This document shows positions 1-10,292 of a stretch of DNA of 64,000 nucleotides, piece by piece. A program made the position numbers and the translations under genes. Source of the DNA: Candidatus Eiseniibacteriota bacterium (lineage in GTDB: Bacteria; Eisenbacteria; RBG-16-71-46); the NCBI GenBank assembly GCA_963717505.1, contig OY970342.1, positions 2,272,001-2,336,000 on the forward strand, in the 5' to 3' direction. The notes under the pieces were generated by a model that was not told the DNA's origin, searched no databases, and saw only the letters and a program-made list of their open reading frames with translations. Position 1 is the first letter of the stretch, and the number at the start of each line of letters is the position of its first letter.

Positions 1-405
1 CCCGATTCCGCCGCCGTCGAGAACTTTGTGTCGCAGAAGAAGACGCCGCGCGAGCAGTTCAACGAGGCGCAGACGCTGCCGAGCCCGCAGGCGCGGCTCG
101 AGGCTTATCGCAAGCTGCTCGAGGAGCACCCGGACAGCGACGTCGCGCCACAGGCCCAGTTCATGATCGGATTCATCTACTCCGAAGAACTCAAGGACCA
201 CGACGCCGCCGAGCAGTCGTTTCGCGAGCTGCTGCGGCGTTGGCCTCAGGCGGAGCTGGCGACCTCGGCGCAGTGGATGATCGACCACATGCGCAGCGAG
301 GAGCCGCCGGCGTTCATCCCGCTCGAAGGGGACGCCCCGTCCGACACCACCGGCGGATCGTCTCGTTCGTCCGGACAGACTCCGGCCGCCACGGGGAAGC
401 CGTGA
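1..405 (+). CDS. TPR-containing protein, C-terminal fragment (BamD/YfiO-like TPR; gene starts before window)
   Basis: Frame open from base 1; TPR-like helices YRKLLEEHPDSDVAPQAQFMIGFIYSEELKDHDAAEQSFRELLRRWP; stop overlaps the next GTG (GTGA). Confidence 0.7.
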   Translation, partial: PDSAAVENFVSQKKTPREQFNEAQTLPSPQARLEAYRKLLEEHPDSDVAPQAQFMIGFIYSEELKDHDAAEQSFRELLRRWPQAELATSAQWMIDHMRSEEPPAFIPLEGDAPSDTTGGSSRSSGQTPAATGKP

Positions 406-929
406 GCGTTCTCGAGGTCAAGGTTCACGGCCTGATCCTCGAGCGCAAGACGCAACAGAACATCGTCATCCTGCGCGAGGCCGAGGGCGAGCGCATCCTG
501 CCGATCTGGATCGGACCGGGCGAGGCCCAGGCGATCCGGCGCCTGCTCTCCGACGAATCCTTCCCCCGGCCGCTGACCCACGACCTGCTGTTCCACGTGG
601 TCGAGGGGCTCAAGGCCAAGATCGCGCGCATCGTGATTGCCGACCTCAAGGACAACACGTTCTTCGCGAGCATCATCATCGAGCGAGACGGCGAAGTGCT
701 GTCGATCGACGCCCGGCCGTCGGACTCGATCGCGCTCGCACTGCGCGCGAAGGTGCCGGTTTTCGCCAACGAATCCCTGCTCCAGCAGCCGCCGCGCGAG
801 GCCGAAACCGAAGCAGGGGAGGATCCCGGCGAGCCCGAGCGGGAGCTTTCCGACGAGGAAAAGGCCGAGCAACTCCGGCGTTTCCTCGAAAAGCTCAATC
901 CCGAGGACTTCGGCAAATTCCAGCTGTGA
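402..929 (+). CDS. Bifunctional nuclease family protein (DUF151)
   Basis: LPIWIGPGEAQAI, PRPLTHDL and IDARPSDSIALALR motifs; GTG at 402 coupled to the upstream stop. Confidence 0.9.
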   Translation: MSVLEVKVHGLILERKTQQNIVILREAEGERILPIWIGPGEAQAIRRLLSDESFPRPLTHDLLFHVVEGLKAKIARIVIADLKDNTFFASIIIERDGEVLSIDARPSDSIALALRAKVPVFANESLLQQPPREAETEAGEDPGEPERELSDEEKAEQLRRFLEKLNPEDFGKFQL

Positions 930-940
930 GGAGACCCGCG

Positions 941-2356
941 ATGAAGGCGACGACGGCGATCGTGGCAGCGCTGTGCCTAGTGACCACCCCGGCCGCCGCC
1001 GCCCCGCTCGCACTGACCCAGAACCTGCGCAACGCCGAGGCCTGGGCGGCGCAGCCGCCGAGCGCCGAGCGCGACAAGGTGCTCAAGAAGTGGGCGGATG
1101 GTGCTGCGCTCGAGGAGCTGGTCTACGTGCTGCGGCGCGACTCGCGGTCGCTGGGGAGCATCGAGGCCCACCTGCTCGAGCGTGCGCTCGAGCGCACCCC
1201 GCCCGAGCGCGCCGCGCTGCGCCGGCGCCTGACGGTGCGGCTCGCGGCCGCCGATCCGGCGCGCGCCAAGAAGCGCGTGCCCCTGCTCACCGAAGCCCTG
1301 GCCGACCCGCCGCCCGCGGCGGCGACCTCCTCGGTCTACCGCGCCGGCCTGCTGGCGCCCAGGAGCGGCGGCTACTCCGGGTACACCGACGACCTGCGCC
1401 TCGGCCTCGAAGCCGGGCTCGCGGTCAGCGATTCCAACCTGGTCCCGATCGAGCTCTTGTCGTGGGACACCGGCGACGCGAACCCGCCGCGCGCAGCGGC
1501 CGCCCTCGATTCGGCGGCGCGCGCCTGCGGCATCGTAGTCGGCGAGCTGCTGAGCGAGACCACGTTGATGATCGCCACCGGCGCGCGCCTCGCGGGCGTG
1601 CCGATGATCTCGCCGATCGCCACCGACGAGGCGATTGGCAGTGTCGGCGGCTCGGTGTTCGCGATCGGGCCGGCGAGTTACGAGCGCGGCCGCGCCCTGG
1701 CCCAGGCGATCGGTGTTTCCGGCATGCGGGTCGGCGCCCTGGTGTCGCGCGAGGCGTCACTCGGCCTGATGCGCGGATTCCTCGAGGCAGCGAAAGAACA
1801 GGGCGCAACCATCGCCTACGAAGGGCTCTATGCCGCGGGCCAGAGTTCGTTCCGCGGCGAGGCTCGAGATCTCGAAGCCAGGAAGGTGACGCTCCTGTTC
1901 TGGGACGGCGAACCCGCCGAAGCCGAAGCCCTGCTACGCCAGCTCGGTCGCGACCGCCTGGCCATCGCGGTGTGCGGCGGCTCGGCGTTGTCGCCGGGCC
2001 AGTTCCACGCCGAGGGCCGCTTCCTGCTCGAAGGCGTGCGTTACGTGGCCGACGACTGGACGCTGCCGCCCGCCGAGAAGTCGCGGCTCGACGCGTTCGT
2101 CGGTGCCCGGTCCGAGCGTGCGGCCGGCGCGCTCCACGTGCGCGGCTATCTCGCCGGCAGGATGATCTCCAGCGCCGTGCGAAATGGTGCATTGTGTACT
2201 GAAGAAATCGCGGCTCAGCTCAACCGCTTGCGCAAGCCCCACGCGCTGCTCGGGCCGCGCGGTTTTCTCGATCCGGGAATCGCGGGCCTCGAGTTGCCGG
2301 TGTTCACCGTGCGGCGCGGCATGGCGGTGGCCGGCGACGCCGGAAGCGCGCCCTAG
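941..2356 (+). CDS. Periplasmic binding-protein type I fold protein (LpoA/LppC-like or ABC substrate-binding)
   Basis: Signal peptide, helical N-terminus, then GLLAPRSG...IVVGELLS...MISP type I PBP pattern; GAGGAG RBS before ATG 941. Confidence 0.65.
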   Translation: MKATTAIVAALCLVTTPAAAAPLALTQNLRNAEAWAAQPPSAERDKVLKKWADGAALEELVYVLRRDSRSLGSIEAHLLERALERTPPERAALRRRLTVRLAAADPARAKKRVPLLTEALADPPPAAATSSVYRAGLLAPRSGGYSGYTDDLRLGLEAGLAVSDSNLVPIELLSWDTGDANPPRAAAALDSAARACGIVVGELLSETTLMIATGARLAGVPMISPIATDEAIGSVGGSVFAIGPASYERGRALAQAIGVSGMRVGALVSREASLGLMRGFLEAAKEQGATIAYEGLYAAGQSSFRGEARDLEARKVTLLFWDGEPAEAEALLRQLGRDRLAIAVCGGSALSPGQFHAEGRFLLEGVRYVADDWTLPPAEKSRLDAFVGARSERAAGALHVRGYLAGRMISSAVRNGALCTEEIAAQLNRLRKPHALLGPRGFLDPGIAGLELPVFTVRRGMAVAGDAGSAP

Positions 2357-2378
2357 ACCGTTTCGAGCCGAACGCGAC

Positions 2379-3074
2379 TCAGTAGATTCGGAACGAGAAC
2401 CGGAACATCGCGTAGACCGACTGCGCCTCGCCGGTTTCGCGATAGGGTTTGAAGCGGCACTTCCACACCGCCTCGACCGCCGCCTGCTCGAGCAGCCCGG
2501 CCGGATCCGACCCCATCACCTGAACCCGGGCGATCGCGCCCAGGGTGTCGACCAGCGCCAGCACCGCGACCTTGCCTTCGATCTCCTTGGCGCGCGCCTC
2601 CTCGGGATAATCCGGCCGAACCAAGATCTCGATGATCAGGTCCTTGGACTGGACCAGCGGCACGTTTTCGCGAGCCGCGAGCATGCGCGCCAGGCGATCG
2701 ACGTCGGCCTCGCCTTCGATCGAGCGCGTCGGGCGGCTGACCGGCGGCGCATGGGGATGGTCGGTGCGTCGAGCCTTGGTAGTTCCGCCGCGGCGGGTCG
2801 CCGGCAGGTAGACGGCCTGAAGGCCCTCGTCGTCCGAGACGATACCCGGCGCCGCCTTGAGCTCGATCCGCTTCACGAAGTTTTCCTCGCCCTCGTAGCC
2901 GAATCGCAGGATCGGGGTCTCGCGAAACAGTTGCTCGGTCGCCGTGCTCGAGGTCAGGAACGGGAGGTAGCTGAGGATGGCGATCCCGAGGATCGACAGC
3001 ACGACGGCAATCGAGATCACGCGACGCGAGCAACGCGATCGTTCGATGAAATAACCGTGAGTCCCGTGCTCCAT
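2379..3074 (-). CDS. Energy transducer TonB family protein
   Basis: N-terminal TM anchor; TonB_C motif PDYPEEARAKEIEGKV...AAVEAVWKCRFKP. Confidence 0.85.
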   Translation of the reverse strand: MEHGTHGYFIERSRCSRRVISIAVVLSILGIAILSYLPFLTSSTATEQLFRETPILRFGYEGEENFVKRIELKAAPGIVSDDEGLQAVYLPATRRGGTTKARRTDHPHAPPVSRPTRSIEGEADVDRLARMLAARENVPLVQSKDLIIEILVRPDYPEEARAKEIEGKVAVLALVDTLGAIARVQVMGSDPAGLLEQAAVEAVWKCRFKPYRETGEAQSVYAMFRFSFRIY

Positions 3075-3131
3075 GTCGGCGCCTCCGGGGCACCCGAGCG
3101 TCGCGGGCCACAGGGTCCGCGCGCGGCCCGA

Positions 3132-5435
3132 TCAGGGTCCCCGAGACCCGGTCAACACCATGCCGTGCTCGGAGTCTAGCAGAGAGCGGCGAACGCGGAG
3201 TTCGCGATGACGCGCGTCGACGTCGAGCGGGCCGGGCTCGGTGCGCGCGAAGCGTACGCGGCCGAGTGGGTCGGCTTCGAGCTGGATGGCGTTGCCCAGC
3301 CGAACGGCGGCGCCGGGCAGAGGTGCGCCGGACTCGTCCCGAATCTCGACCGAGTCCACCGGCGCCCGCAGATCGGGCGCCCATTCGAGCGCCAGGGCCA
3401 GGTAGAGCGCGTACGCGGAACGGCTCACCGCCCCGGGCTCGAGCAGACGCGCCTCGGAGGCCGGATCGTCGATGCGCGCCAGGCCCGCATAGAGCGCCGG
3501 GCAGGACGTCTGCTGGAGTGGGTACTGGGCGTTCTCGGCGAGCGGTGGTACCGGCAGGCCCAGGCTCGAGCACGCGGCCGCTACGCGACCGGCCCACGCT
3601 CTTCCGGCGCCACTCGCGAAGTAGTGGCCGATCTGGGGCGGCTCGCGCCGGTGGCCGATTCTCAGGAAGCGATCGGCGTTGAACGCCTCGCTGATCTGGA
3701 CGCGCGCCAGCTCCGAGAGTGCCGCGTCCGAGTCCCGGGTCAGCCGCACCCGGGCGCCCGCGGCTTCGAGCATGGCGGCGAGCGAGCGAGCGACGTCGAG
3801 ATTCAGCACCGCGGCACGGGTGCCGCCGGCCCCCATGCCGCCCGAGTTGTCGCCGCCGCCATCGGGGTCGAGCACGATGCGCCGGCCGTGGAGTGCCCCG
3901 CCCGCGATCGGCGTGAAGGCCGGCGGAACGCAGTCTGCCCACCAGCGGTGGCCGGGTAGCGACGGGATGACGTCGTTCGAATCGTCGAAGACGAGTGCGG
4001 CGAAGCCGTCGCGGTTGATCCACGCGAGTGCTGCCTCGGGCTCGTCGGTGCCCGGGGCGCCAGTGAGCGGAACCGATTCGGGCATGCGCATGACGAATCC
4101 GGTCCAAAGCGTACCGTCGCGCGACACTCGGATCGAGTCTGCGACGGTTGGGGCGGAGGTCAGGGCCGCGCGCAGGCGAAGCGCCGGATCGTTGGCGGCG
4201 GCCGCCGGTACGCGCACGTACGCCCATGCGACTCCGTCGCGGGCGGTGAGCACGGTGTCGGCCAGCACGCGCTTGCCGATCGTGGCGACCGCGCGCACGC
4301 GAGTCGTGTCGCGATAGGTCCCGCCGGCCGCGTCGAGCACCTGCGCGCGCACGCCCAGAATTCCGCCGGTGGCCGCAGCGCGATCCGGGCGCGCGGTCAG
4401 CGACAAGGCCGACGCCGGGCGCGCGATGTGAAACTGCAGAATCTGATCGCGCGCAGCGCCGACGCCGGTGCGGCGCACGCGCAGGCGCGCACGATGTCTC
4501 CCGGAGTCGAGTGGCTCGCCCGGCGTCCACTCGAGCCACGGACCGCGACGGATCGCCGGGACCGCGACGCCGTCGACCGCTAGCTCCGCGCGGTCCCACG
4601 CGCCGTCGATCCGGGCTCTCACGCTCGGGCCATCGGCGAACACGGTGTCGATGGCGCCCGAGCGCGGATCGTGTGCGGCGAACGCGGACACCGTCGGGAT
4701 CGGCCGCGAGAAGTAGCGCGCGATGCCCAGGTAGAGGGCTTGGGCTTCGATGGCTTGCTTCTCGGGGAGCCGCAGCCGGGCTTCGACCGGCGGGTAGGTG
4801 ATGTAGCTGGTCTCGGTCAGGATCGCGGGTGCCTCGCTGTTGCGCAGTACGTGGTAGTTGCCCGGGAACACGTTCTGGACGTCGATGCCGACGTTGCGCA
4901 CCAGCGCGCGGTGGACGTCCTGGGCGACGTCGAGCGAGGCGCCCTCGTCGCCGAGCTTGTAGTAGGTCTGGGTCTCGTTGACGTCGTGCCGGCCACCCGC
5001 GTCGGCGTTGTGGTGGACCGAGATGAACAGGTCGGCGCCGAACTCGTTGGCCATGCGTGCACGCTCGGAGAGATCGCCGCGCAGCGTGCTGTCCTCGGGA
5101 GTGAGGAAGTCGCGATCGGTGTCGCGGGTTATGAGGACCAGGGCGCCGCGCGCGACCAGCAGGTGGTGCAGCTCGAGCGAAACGCCGAGGTTGACGTCGG
5201 CTTCGGCCAGGCCTTTGACACCCATCGAGCCGCGGAAGCGCCCGCCGTGCCCGGGGTCGATCACGATGCGCCGGCCGGCGAGTCCGGCACCGTCGACCGC
5301 GGAGAGCGAGTCGCGCATGGCGTCGTAGCCGGGACGCGGGCCCTTGACCGCCGGGGCGCAACCGGCGGCGAGCAGGAGGGTGGCGGCAGTGAGAACCCCA
5401 AGGCCGCGAATCCGTTCGCTCACCTTTCGATTCAT
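3132..5435 (-). CDS. N-acetylmuramoyl-L-alanine amidase lipoprotein with a second, degenerate Amidase_3 domain
   Basis: Lipobox LAAGC; IVIDPGHGG...E...FISVHHNA...ILTET; second copy IVLDPDGGG lacks the Zn ligands. Confidence 0.85.
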   Translation of the reverse strand: MNRKVSERIRGLGVLTAATLLLAAGCAPAVKGPRPGYDAMRDSLSAVDGAGLAGRRIVIDPGHGGRFRGSMGVKGLAEADVNLGVSLELHHLLVARGALVLITRDTDRDFLTPEDSTLRGDLSERARMANEFGADLFISVHHNADAGGRHDVNETQTYYKLGDEGASLDVAQDVHRALVRNVGIDVQNVFPGNYHVLRNSEAPAILTETSYITYPPVEARLRLPEKQAIEAQALYLGIARYFSRPIPTVSAFAAHDPRSGAIDTVFADGPSVRARIDGAWDRAELAVDGVAVPAIRRGPWLEWTPGEPLDSGRHRARLRVRRTGVGAARDQILQFHIARPASALSLTARPDRAAATGGILGVRAQVLDAAGGTYRDTTRVRAVATIGKRVLADTVLTARDGVAWAYVRVPAAAANDPALRLRAALTSAPTVADSIRVSRDGTLWTGFVMRMPESVPLTGAPGTDEPEAALAWINRDGFAALVFDDSNDVIPSLPGHRWWADCVPPAFTPIAGGALHGRRIVLDPDGGGDNSGGMGAGGTRAAVLNLDVARSLAAMLEAAGARVRLTRDSDAALSELARVQISEAFNADRFLRIGHRREPPQIGHYFASGAGRAWAGRVAAACSSLGLPVPPLAENAQYPLQQTSCPALYAGLARIDDPASEARLLEPGAVSRSAYALYLALALEWAPDLRAPVDSVEIRDESGAPLPGAAVRLGNAIQLEADPLGRVRFARTEPGPLDVDARHRELRVRRSLLDSEHGMVLTGSRGP

Positions 5436-5535
5436 GGCGGGCAACCTAGCACAGTGGTTTTGCCAGCCCCAGGTAAGGGTTTCCATGCGCCGGTGCTAAG
5501 ATTGCCTCGGTACCGCCCGAACGCGGAGGTTTGCG

Positions 5536-7005
5536 ATGACCACGCGCCGCATCCTCTTGGTCTTCGTCGCTGCGATCAGTCTGTGGACTTCTCCTTCGCG
5601 GGCTGAGGATCTGGATTCGCTCGCGAACCACGCCCTTGAGTTCGCCGCGCAGCAGCTCGCGGCGACCGTTGCCGACGTCGGCGACCCCAACGACTTCCCG
5701 CGCAGCACGCTCGCCAACGGCAGCTGGCGCCTCGAGGACTCCGGCGACTGGACCAGCGGATTCTTCCCCGGCTGCCTGTGGTTCATGTACGAGCGGACGC
5801 CGGCCAGCGACTGGCTCGAGTGGGCGACCGACTGGACCGCCGAGATGGAAGGGGAGAAGACCGACACCGGATCGCACGACGTCGGCTTCAAGATCTTCTG
5901 CAGCTTCGGCAACGGCCACCGGCTGACCGGGAATCCATCGTATCCGGCGGTCATCCGCCAGGGCGCGACGTCGCTGGCGAGCCGCTTCAATCCCGTGGTC
6001 GGATGCACCCGCTCGTGGAACAACCGGAACTTCCCGGTGATCATCGACAATATGATGAACCTGGAGATCCTGTTCTGGGGCGCGAGCCACGGCGGCAACC
6101 CGGCGTGGTACGACATGGCGGTGAGCCACGCGCTACGCACTCGCCAGGATCACGTGCGCGCGGACGGCAGCACGTACCACATGGTCGACTACAACCCGAC
6201 GACCGGCGCGATCATCGAGCGGGGCACCGTTCAGGGCTATTCCGACGAATCGGCGTGGGCTCGTGGCCAGGCGTGGGCGATCTATGGCTTCACCATGGCG
6301 TACCGCGAGTCGTCCGATCCTCGCTTTCTGGAAACGGCCCAGCAGGTCGCGGACTACTTCATTGATCACTTACCCGCGGATCGCGTGCCCTACTGGGATT
6401 TCCAGGCGCCGAACATCCCGAATGAACCCAAAGACACCTCGGCGGGCGCGATCGCGTGCTCGGGCCTGTTCGAGCTGAGCGGGCTGGTGACGGACCTCGA
6501 AGCGCGTGCGCGCTACAAGACTGCGGCCCGGGAGATTCTCGCCGCGCTGTGCTCGCCCGCCTACCTGGCCGAGGGTTCCAACAGCAGCGGGCTCCTGCTG
6601 CACGGCGTTGGGAATCGGCCATCGGGGACGGAAGTCGACGTGTCGCTGATCTACGGCGACTACTACTTCCTGGAAGCTCTGCTTCGCTACCGGTCGCTGG
6701 TGACCGCCGTGCCGGTCGGCCCCGGAGTCGGGTCCCACCTCGAATTGGCGTTTCCGAATCCCTTCCGGAACTCGACGTCGATCGCGTTCCGGCTGTCTGC
6801 GGCGTCCGACGTCGAGCTCTCGATCTACGACCTGCATGGCGCCGAGATTCGAACCCTGGTTCACGGCCCCCGGAGCGCCGGCGAACACCTCGTGAACTGG
6901 GATGGCGCTCTCGACGACGGAACACCGGCGCCGAGCGGGATCTATTTCTTCCGGCTGAGCGTGGGGGGCGTCCAGGAGTCGCGGAGGGTCACGCGGATCC
7001 GGTGA
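5536..7005 (+). CDS. Glycoside hydrolase family 88 (unsaturated glucuronyl hydrolase) with C-terminal FlgD/T9SS-like domain
   Basis: WTSGFFPG, HDVGF, IIDNMMNL, WARGQAW, YGDYYFLEAL; tail FPNPF...IYDLHGAEIRTLV...WDG...SGIYFFRL. Confidence 0.9.
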   Translation: MTTRRILLVFVAAISLWTSPSRAEDLDSLANHALEFAAQQLAATVADVGDPNDFPRSTLANGSWRLEDSGDWTSGFFPGCLWFMYERTPASDWLEWATDWTAEMEGEKTDTGSHDVGFKIFCSFGNGHRLTGNPSYPAVIRQGATSLASRFNPVVGCTRSWNNRNFPVIIDNMMNLEILFWGASHGGNPAWYDMAVSHALRTRQDHVRADGSTYHMVDYNPTTGAIIERGTVQGYSDESAWARGQAWAIYGFTMAYRESSDPRFLETAQQVADYFIDHLPADRVPYWDFQAPNIPNEPKDTSAGAIACSGLFELSGLVTDLEARARYKTAAREILAALCSPAYLAEGSNSSGLLLHGVGNRPSGTEVDVSLIYGDYYFLEALLRYRSLVTAVPVGPGVGSHLELAFPNPFRNSTSIAFRLSAASDVELSIYDLHGAEIRTLVHGPRSAGEHLVNWDGALDDGTPAPSGIYFFRLSVGGVQESRRVTRIR

Positions 7006-7157
7006 GACCAGGGGCCTGATGGCTTGGACGCTCTTGATCGCCGCCCGACCGCGTGCTACCTGTTGCCGGCTTCGGCCCGGCACCTCAAGGGCCGGACTTC
7101 GCCGCGACCGCCGTAGGACGGTGCGGCCCCGACCGCGCACCCCAATCGGAGGCGGAC

Positions 7158-8375
7158 ATGACGTCGCGCACTCTTCGCTTTGCCCTTCCCGCGTTGCTGG
7201 TCCTTGCACTTCCGTTGGCATTCGCCGGTTGCGGCGGCGGCGCCTCGGGTCCGAGCGAACTCGTGATCGGGGTGTATGGCTCGCTCACGGGCAGCGACGC
7301 CGACTTCGGCCAGTCGACCCGCAAGGGCGTCGAGCTGGCGGTCGACGAGTTGACCTCGACCCGGGGAGGAAAGATCGGCGGTCTGACGGTGCGTTTGGTC
7401 GTCGAAGACGACCAGGGGAAGGCCGAAGAAGCCGCGACGGTCGTGCAGAAGCTGATCAATCAGGATCGCGTGTTCACCGTGCTCGGCGAGGTCGCCTCGG
7501 GCCGGAGTCTCGCTGCCGCGCCGATTTGCCAGAGCGCCGGCGTGCCGATGATCTCGCCGTCGTCTACGAACCCCAAGGTGACTCAGGTCGGCGATTTCAT
7601 CTTTAGAATGTGCTTCATCGATCCCTTCCAGGGGACGGTCATGGCGAAGTTCGCCGCGCAGAATCTGGGCTTGAAGCGCGTGGCGATTCTGAAAGACGTC
7701 GGACAAGAGTACAGCGTCGGCCTGTCCGAGTTCTTCACCCAGGCGTTCACCGGCATGGGTGGGCAGATCGTGATCGATCAGGCCTACAGCGGCCGCGACC
7801 AGGATTTCCGCGCTCAGCTCACCGCGATCAAGGCGCGCAACCCCGAGGCCATCTTCCTGCCCGGCTACTACAACGAGGCCGGACTCATCGCGCGCCAGGC
7901 GCGCGAGCTCGGGATCAAGGCTCCGATCCTGGGCGGGGACGGCTGGGAGAGCGACCAGTTGATCGGCATTGGCGGCGCCGCACTCGAAGGCTGCTACTAC
8001 TCGAATCACTTCGCGGCCGACAATCCGGACTCGATGCTGCAGGCCTTCCTCGCGCGCTACAAGGCCAAGCACAACATGGAGCCGAATGCGATCGGCGGTC
8101 TGGCCTATGACGCGGCCCAGGTGCTGTTCGGCTGCCTCGAGCAGCTGCACGCCGCGGATCCCCAGGCGTTCGCGGCACTCGGCTCGGCCCAGGCCGGCAC
8201 GCCCGCCCGACTGGAGGCGTGCAAGAAACTGCGCGACCTGATCGCGGCGACCCGGAACTACCCGGGCGTCACCGGCAACATCACGCTCGACGAAAACCGC
8301 AACGCTTCGAAGCCGGCGGTGGTGATCGAGATCAAGGGCGGCAAGAAGGTCTACAACACCACGATCGCGCCGTGA
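7158..8375 (+). CDS. livK: Branched-chain amino acid ABC transporter substrate-binding lipoprotein
   Basis: Lipobox FAGC; IGVYGSLTG, GEVASG, ISPSSTNP, FRMCFIDPFQG; GGAGG RBS. Confidence 0.9.
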   Translation: MTSRTLRFALPALLVLALPLAFAGCGGGASGPSELVIGVYGSLTGSDADFGQSTRKGVELAVDELTSTRGGKIGGLTVRLVVEDDQGKAEEAATVVQKLINQDRVFTVLGEVASGRSLAAAPICQSAGVPMISPSSTNPKVTQVGDFIFRMCFIDPFQGTVMAKFAAQNLGLKRVAILKDVGQEYSVGLSEFFTQAFTGMGGQIVIDQAYSGRDQDFRAQLTAIKARNPEAIFLPGYYNEAGLIARQARELGIKAPILGGDGWESDQLIGIGGAALEGCYYSNHFAADNPDSMLQAFLARYKAKHNMEPNAIGGLAYDAAQVLFGCLEQLHAADPQAFAALGSAQAGTPARLEACKKLRDLIAATRNYPGVTGNITLDENRNASKPAVVIEIKGGKKVYNTTIAP

Positions 8376-8403
8376 TCGCCCGCTCGTCGCGCGGCCGTCC
8401 TGC

Positions 8404-9303
8404 ATGAATGAGTTCCTGCAGCAGCTCATCAACGGCATCACGCAGGGCAGCGTGTACGCCCTGATCGCGCTCGGCTACACGATGGTCTACGGCGTGCTCG
8501 GGCTGATCAACTTCGCCCACGGCGACGTCTACATGCTGGGCGCGTTCTTCGGGTTCTACGCCGCCGGCAAGATCGCGGTGCACGGCTCGGGCGGGCCACT
8601 CGAGGCGCTGTTGGTCCTCCTGATCGCCATGCTCGGCTGCGCGCTGGTCGGGCTGATCATCGAGCGCGCCGCGTACAAGCCGGTGCGCAAGTCCTCGCGG
8701 CTCGCGGCGCTGATCACGGCGATCGGCGTGTCGCTGTTGTTGGAGAACGGCGGGCAGCTCTTGTTCGGCACCGACCCCAAGTTCTTCCCGCAGATCATCG
8801 AGCCTCGGAATATTCCTCTCGGAGGCGTGAACGTAACCAACCAGCAGCTAATCATCTTGGGCGTGTCTATCGGGTTGATGGCCTTGCTGCGATTCATCGT
8901 CATGTACACGAAAGTCGGCAAAGCCATGCGGGCGGTGTCGCACAATCATGCCGCGGCGGCGCTCATGGGCATCTCGGTCGATCGAATTATTAGTCTGACT
9001 TTCGTTATTGGCTCGATGCTGGCCGCTGCGGCCGGAGTTTTGGTGGCGCTGAAAGACCCGAGAATCGAGCCCTACATGGGCATCCTGCCGGGCTTGAAGG
9101 CGTTCGTGGCCGCCGTGCTCGGCGGCATCGGCAACATTCCGGGCGCGGTGCTGGGCGGCATGGTGATGGGGATCGCCGAGGTGCTGGTGGTCGGCTACAT
9201 CTCGCCGACGCTGCGCGACGCGATCGCGTTCGTAATCTTGATTATTATTTTGCTGGTTCGCCCCTCCGGGCTACTCGGCTCCCGAGTCAGCGAGAAGGTC
9301 TGA
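8404..9303 (+). CDS. livH: Branched-chain amino acid ABC transporter permease
   Basis: QQLINGITQGSVYALIALGYTMVYG, NFAHGD, LKAFVAAVLGGIG. Confidence 0.95.
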   Translation: MNEFLQQLINGITQGSVYALIALGYTMVYGVLGLINFAHGDVYMLGAFFGFYAAGKIAVHGSGGPLEALLVLLIAMLGCALVGLIIERAAYKPVRKSSRLAALITAIGVSLLLENGGQLLFGTDPKFFPQIIEPRNIPLGGVNVTNQQLIILGVSIGLMALLRFIVMYTKVGKAMRAVSHNHAAAALMGISVDRIISLTFVIGSMLAAAAGVLVALKDPRIEPYMGILPGLKAFVAAVLGGIGNIPGAVLGGMVMGIAEVLVVGYISPTLRDAIAFVILIIILLVRPSGLLGSRVSEKV

Positions 9304-9305
9304 GA

Positions 9306-10292
9306 ATGCGCGGCGTGTTTGGCTTGCTCGCGATCGTCGCGGCTCTAGTCGTCGCCCAGCTCGTCGTTCCCAAGTTCGCGAATCCTTACATCGTCTCGGT
9401 CATGATGCTGTGCGGCATCAATGCCGTGCTCGCGGTCTCGCTCAATCTGGTCAACGGTTTCACCGGCCAGTTTTCGATCGGGCATGCCGGCTTCATGGCG
9501 ATCGGCGCCTACGGGGCCGCGATGTTCACGCTGCACATCGGTCAGAAGTGGGCGGCGGTCTTGTCGGGAATGGGCGTGCCGGCCGCGGTCGCGCAGGCAC
9601 CCGCGCTGCTGGTGGCGCTGCTGCTCGGTGGCTCGCTCGCCGCAGTGGCCGGCTACTTGGTCGGGCTCCCCAGCCTGCGGCTGCGCGGCGATTACCTGGC
9701 CATTGTTACTTTGGGATTTGGCGAGATCATCCGGGTACTGATTCTCAATATCGAAGCCGTCGGCGCTGCGCGTGGACTATTTGGAATCCCACAATGGGCG
9801 AACCTGTTCTGGGCGGGCCTCGCGGTGGTTGCGGTAGTCGCGCTGTCTTACCGGTTGGCTGACAGCACGCACGGCCGCGCGCTGTTCGCGATCCGCGACG
9901 ACGAGATCGCCGCCGAAGCCCTGGGCGTCGACACCACGCGCTACAAAGTTCTGGCCTTCACGCTCGGCGCGTTCTTCGCCGGTATCGCGGGCGGTCTCTT
10001 CGCTCATTTCCTTGGATACCTGAACCCGAGCAGCTTCCAATTTCTCAAGAGCATCGAGATCATTGCGATGGTCGTGCTCGGCGGCATGGGCAGCGTGTCG
10101 GGTTCGTTGATCGCCGCAATACTTTTGACCGTGTTGCCGGAATTCCTGAGGCCCGTCAAAGACTATCGCATGGTTATTTACTCGCTGATGCTGATTGTGC
10201 TGATGATCACGCGGCCTCAAGGGCTGATGGGCACCGGCGAGCTGCGCCTGCCGCGCTGGGGCCGGCCGCGCAGTGCCGAGGGGCGCGCATGA
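9306..10292 (+). CDS. livM: Branched-chain amino acid ABC transporter permease
   Basis: GQFSIGHAGFMAIGAY, LRLRGDYLAIVTLGFGEI, VVLGGMGS. Confidence 0.95.
   Translation: MRGVFGLLAIVAALVVAQLVVPKFANPYIVSVMMLCGINAVLAVSLNLVNGFTGQFSIGHAGFMAIGAYGAAMFTLHIGQKWAAVLSGMGVPAAVAQAPALLVALLLGGSLAAVAGYLVGLPSLRLRGDYLAIVTLGFGEIIRVLILNIEAVGAARGLFGIPQWANLFWAGLAVVAVVALSYRLADSTHGRALFAIRDDEIAAEALGVDTTRYKVLAFTLGAFFAGIAGGLFAHFLGYLNPSSFQFLKSIEIIAMVVLGGMGSVSGSLIAAILLTVLPEFLRPVKDYRMVIYSLMLIVLMITRPQGLMGTGELRLPRWGRPRSAEGRA

Noticed and set aside
2353-5361. 1002-aa minus-strand ORF overlapping tonB and the amidase
   Set aside because: Arg/Ala/Pro-rich off-frame shadow ORF typical of high GC; real genes occupy another frame.
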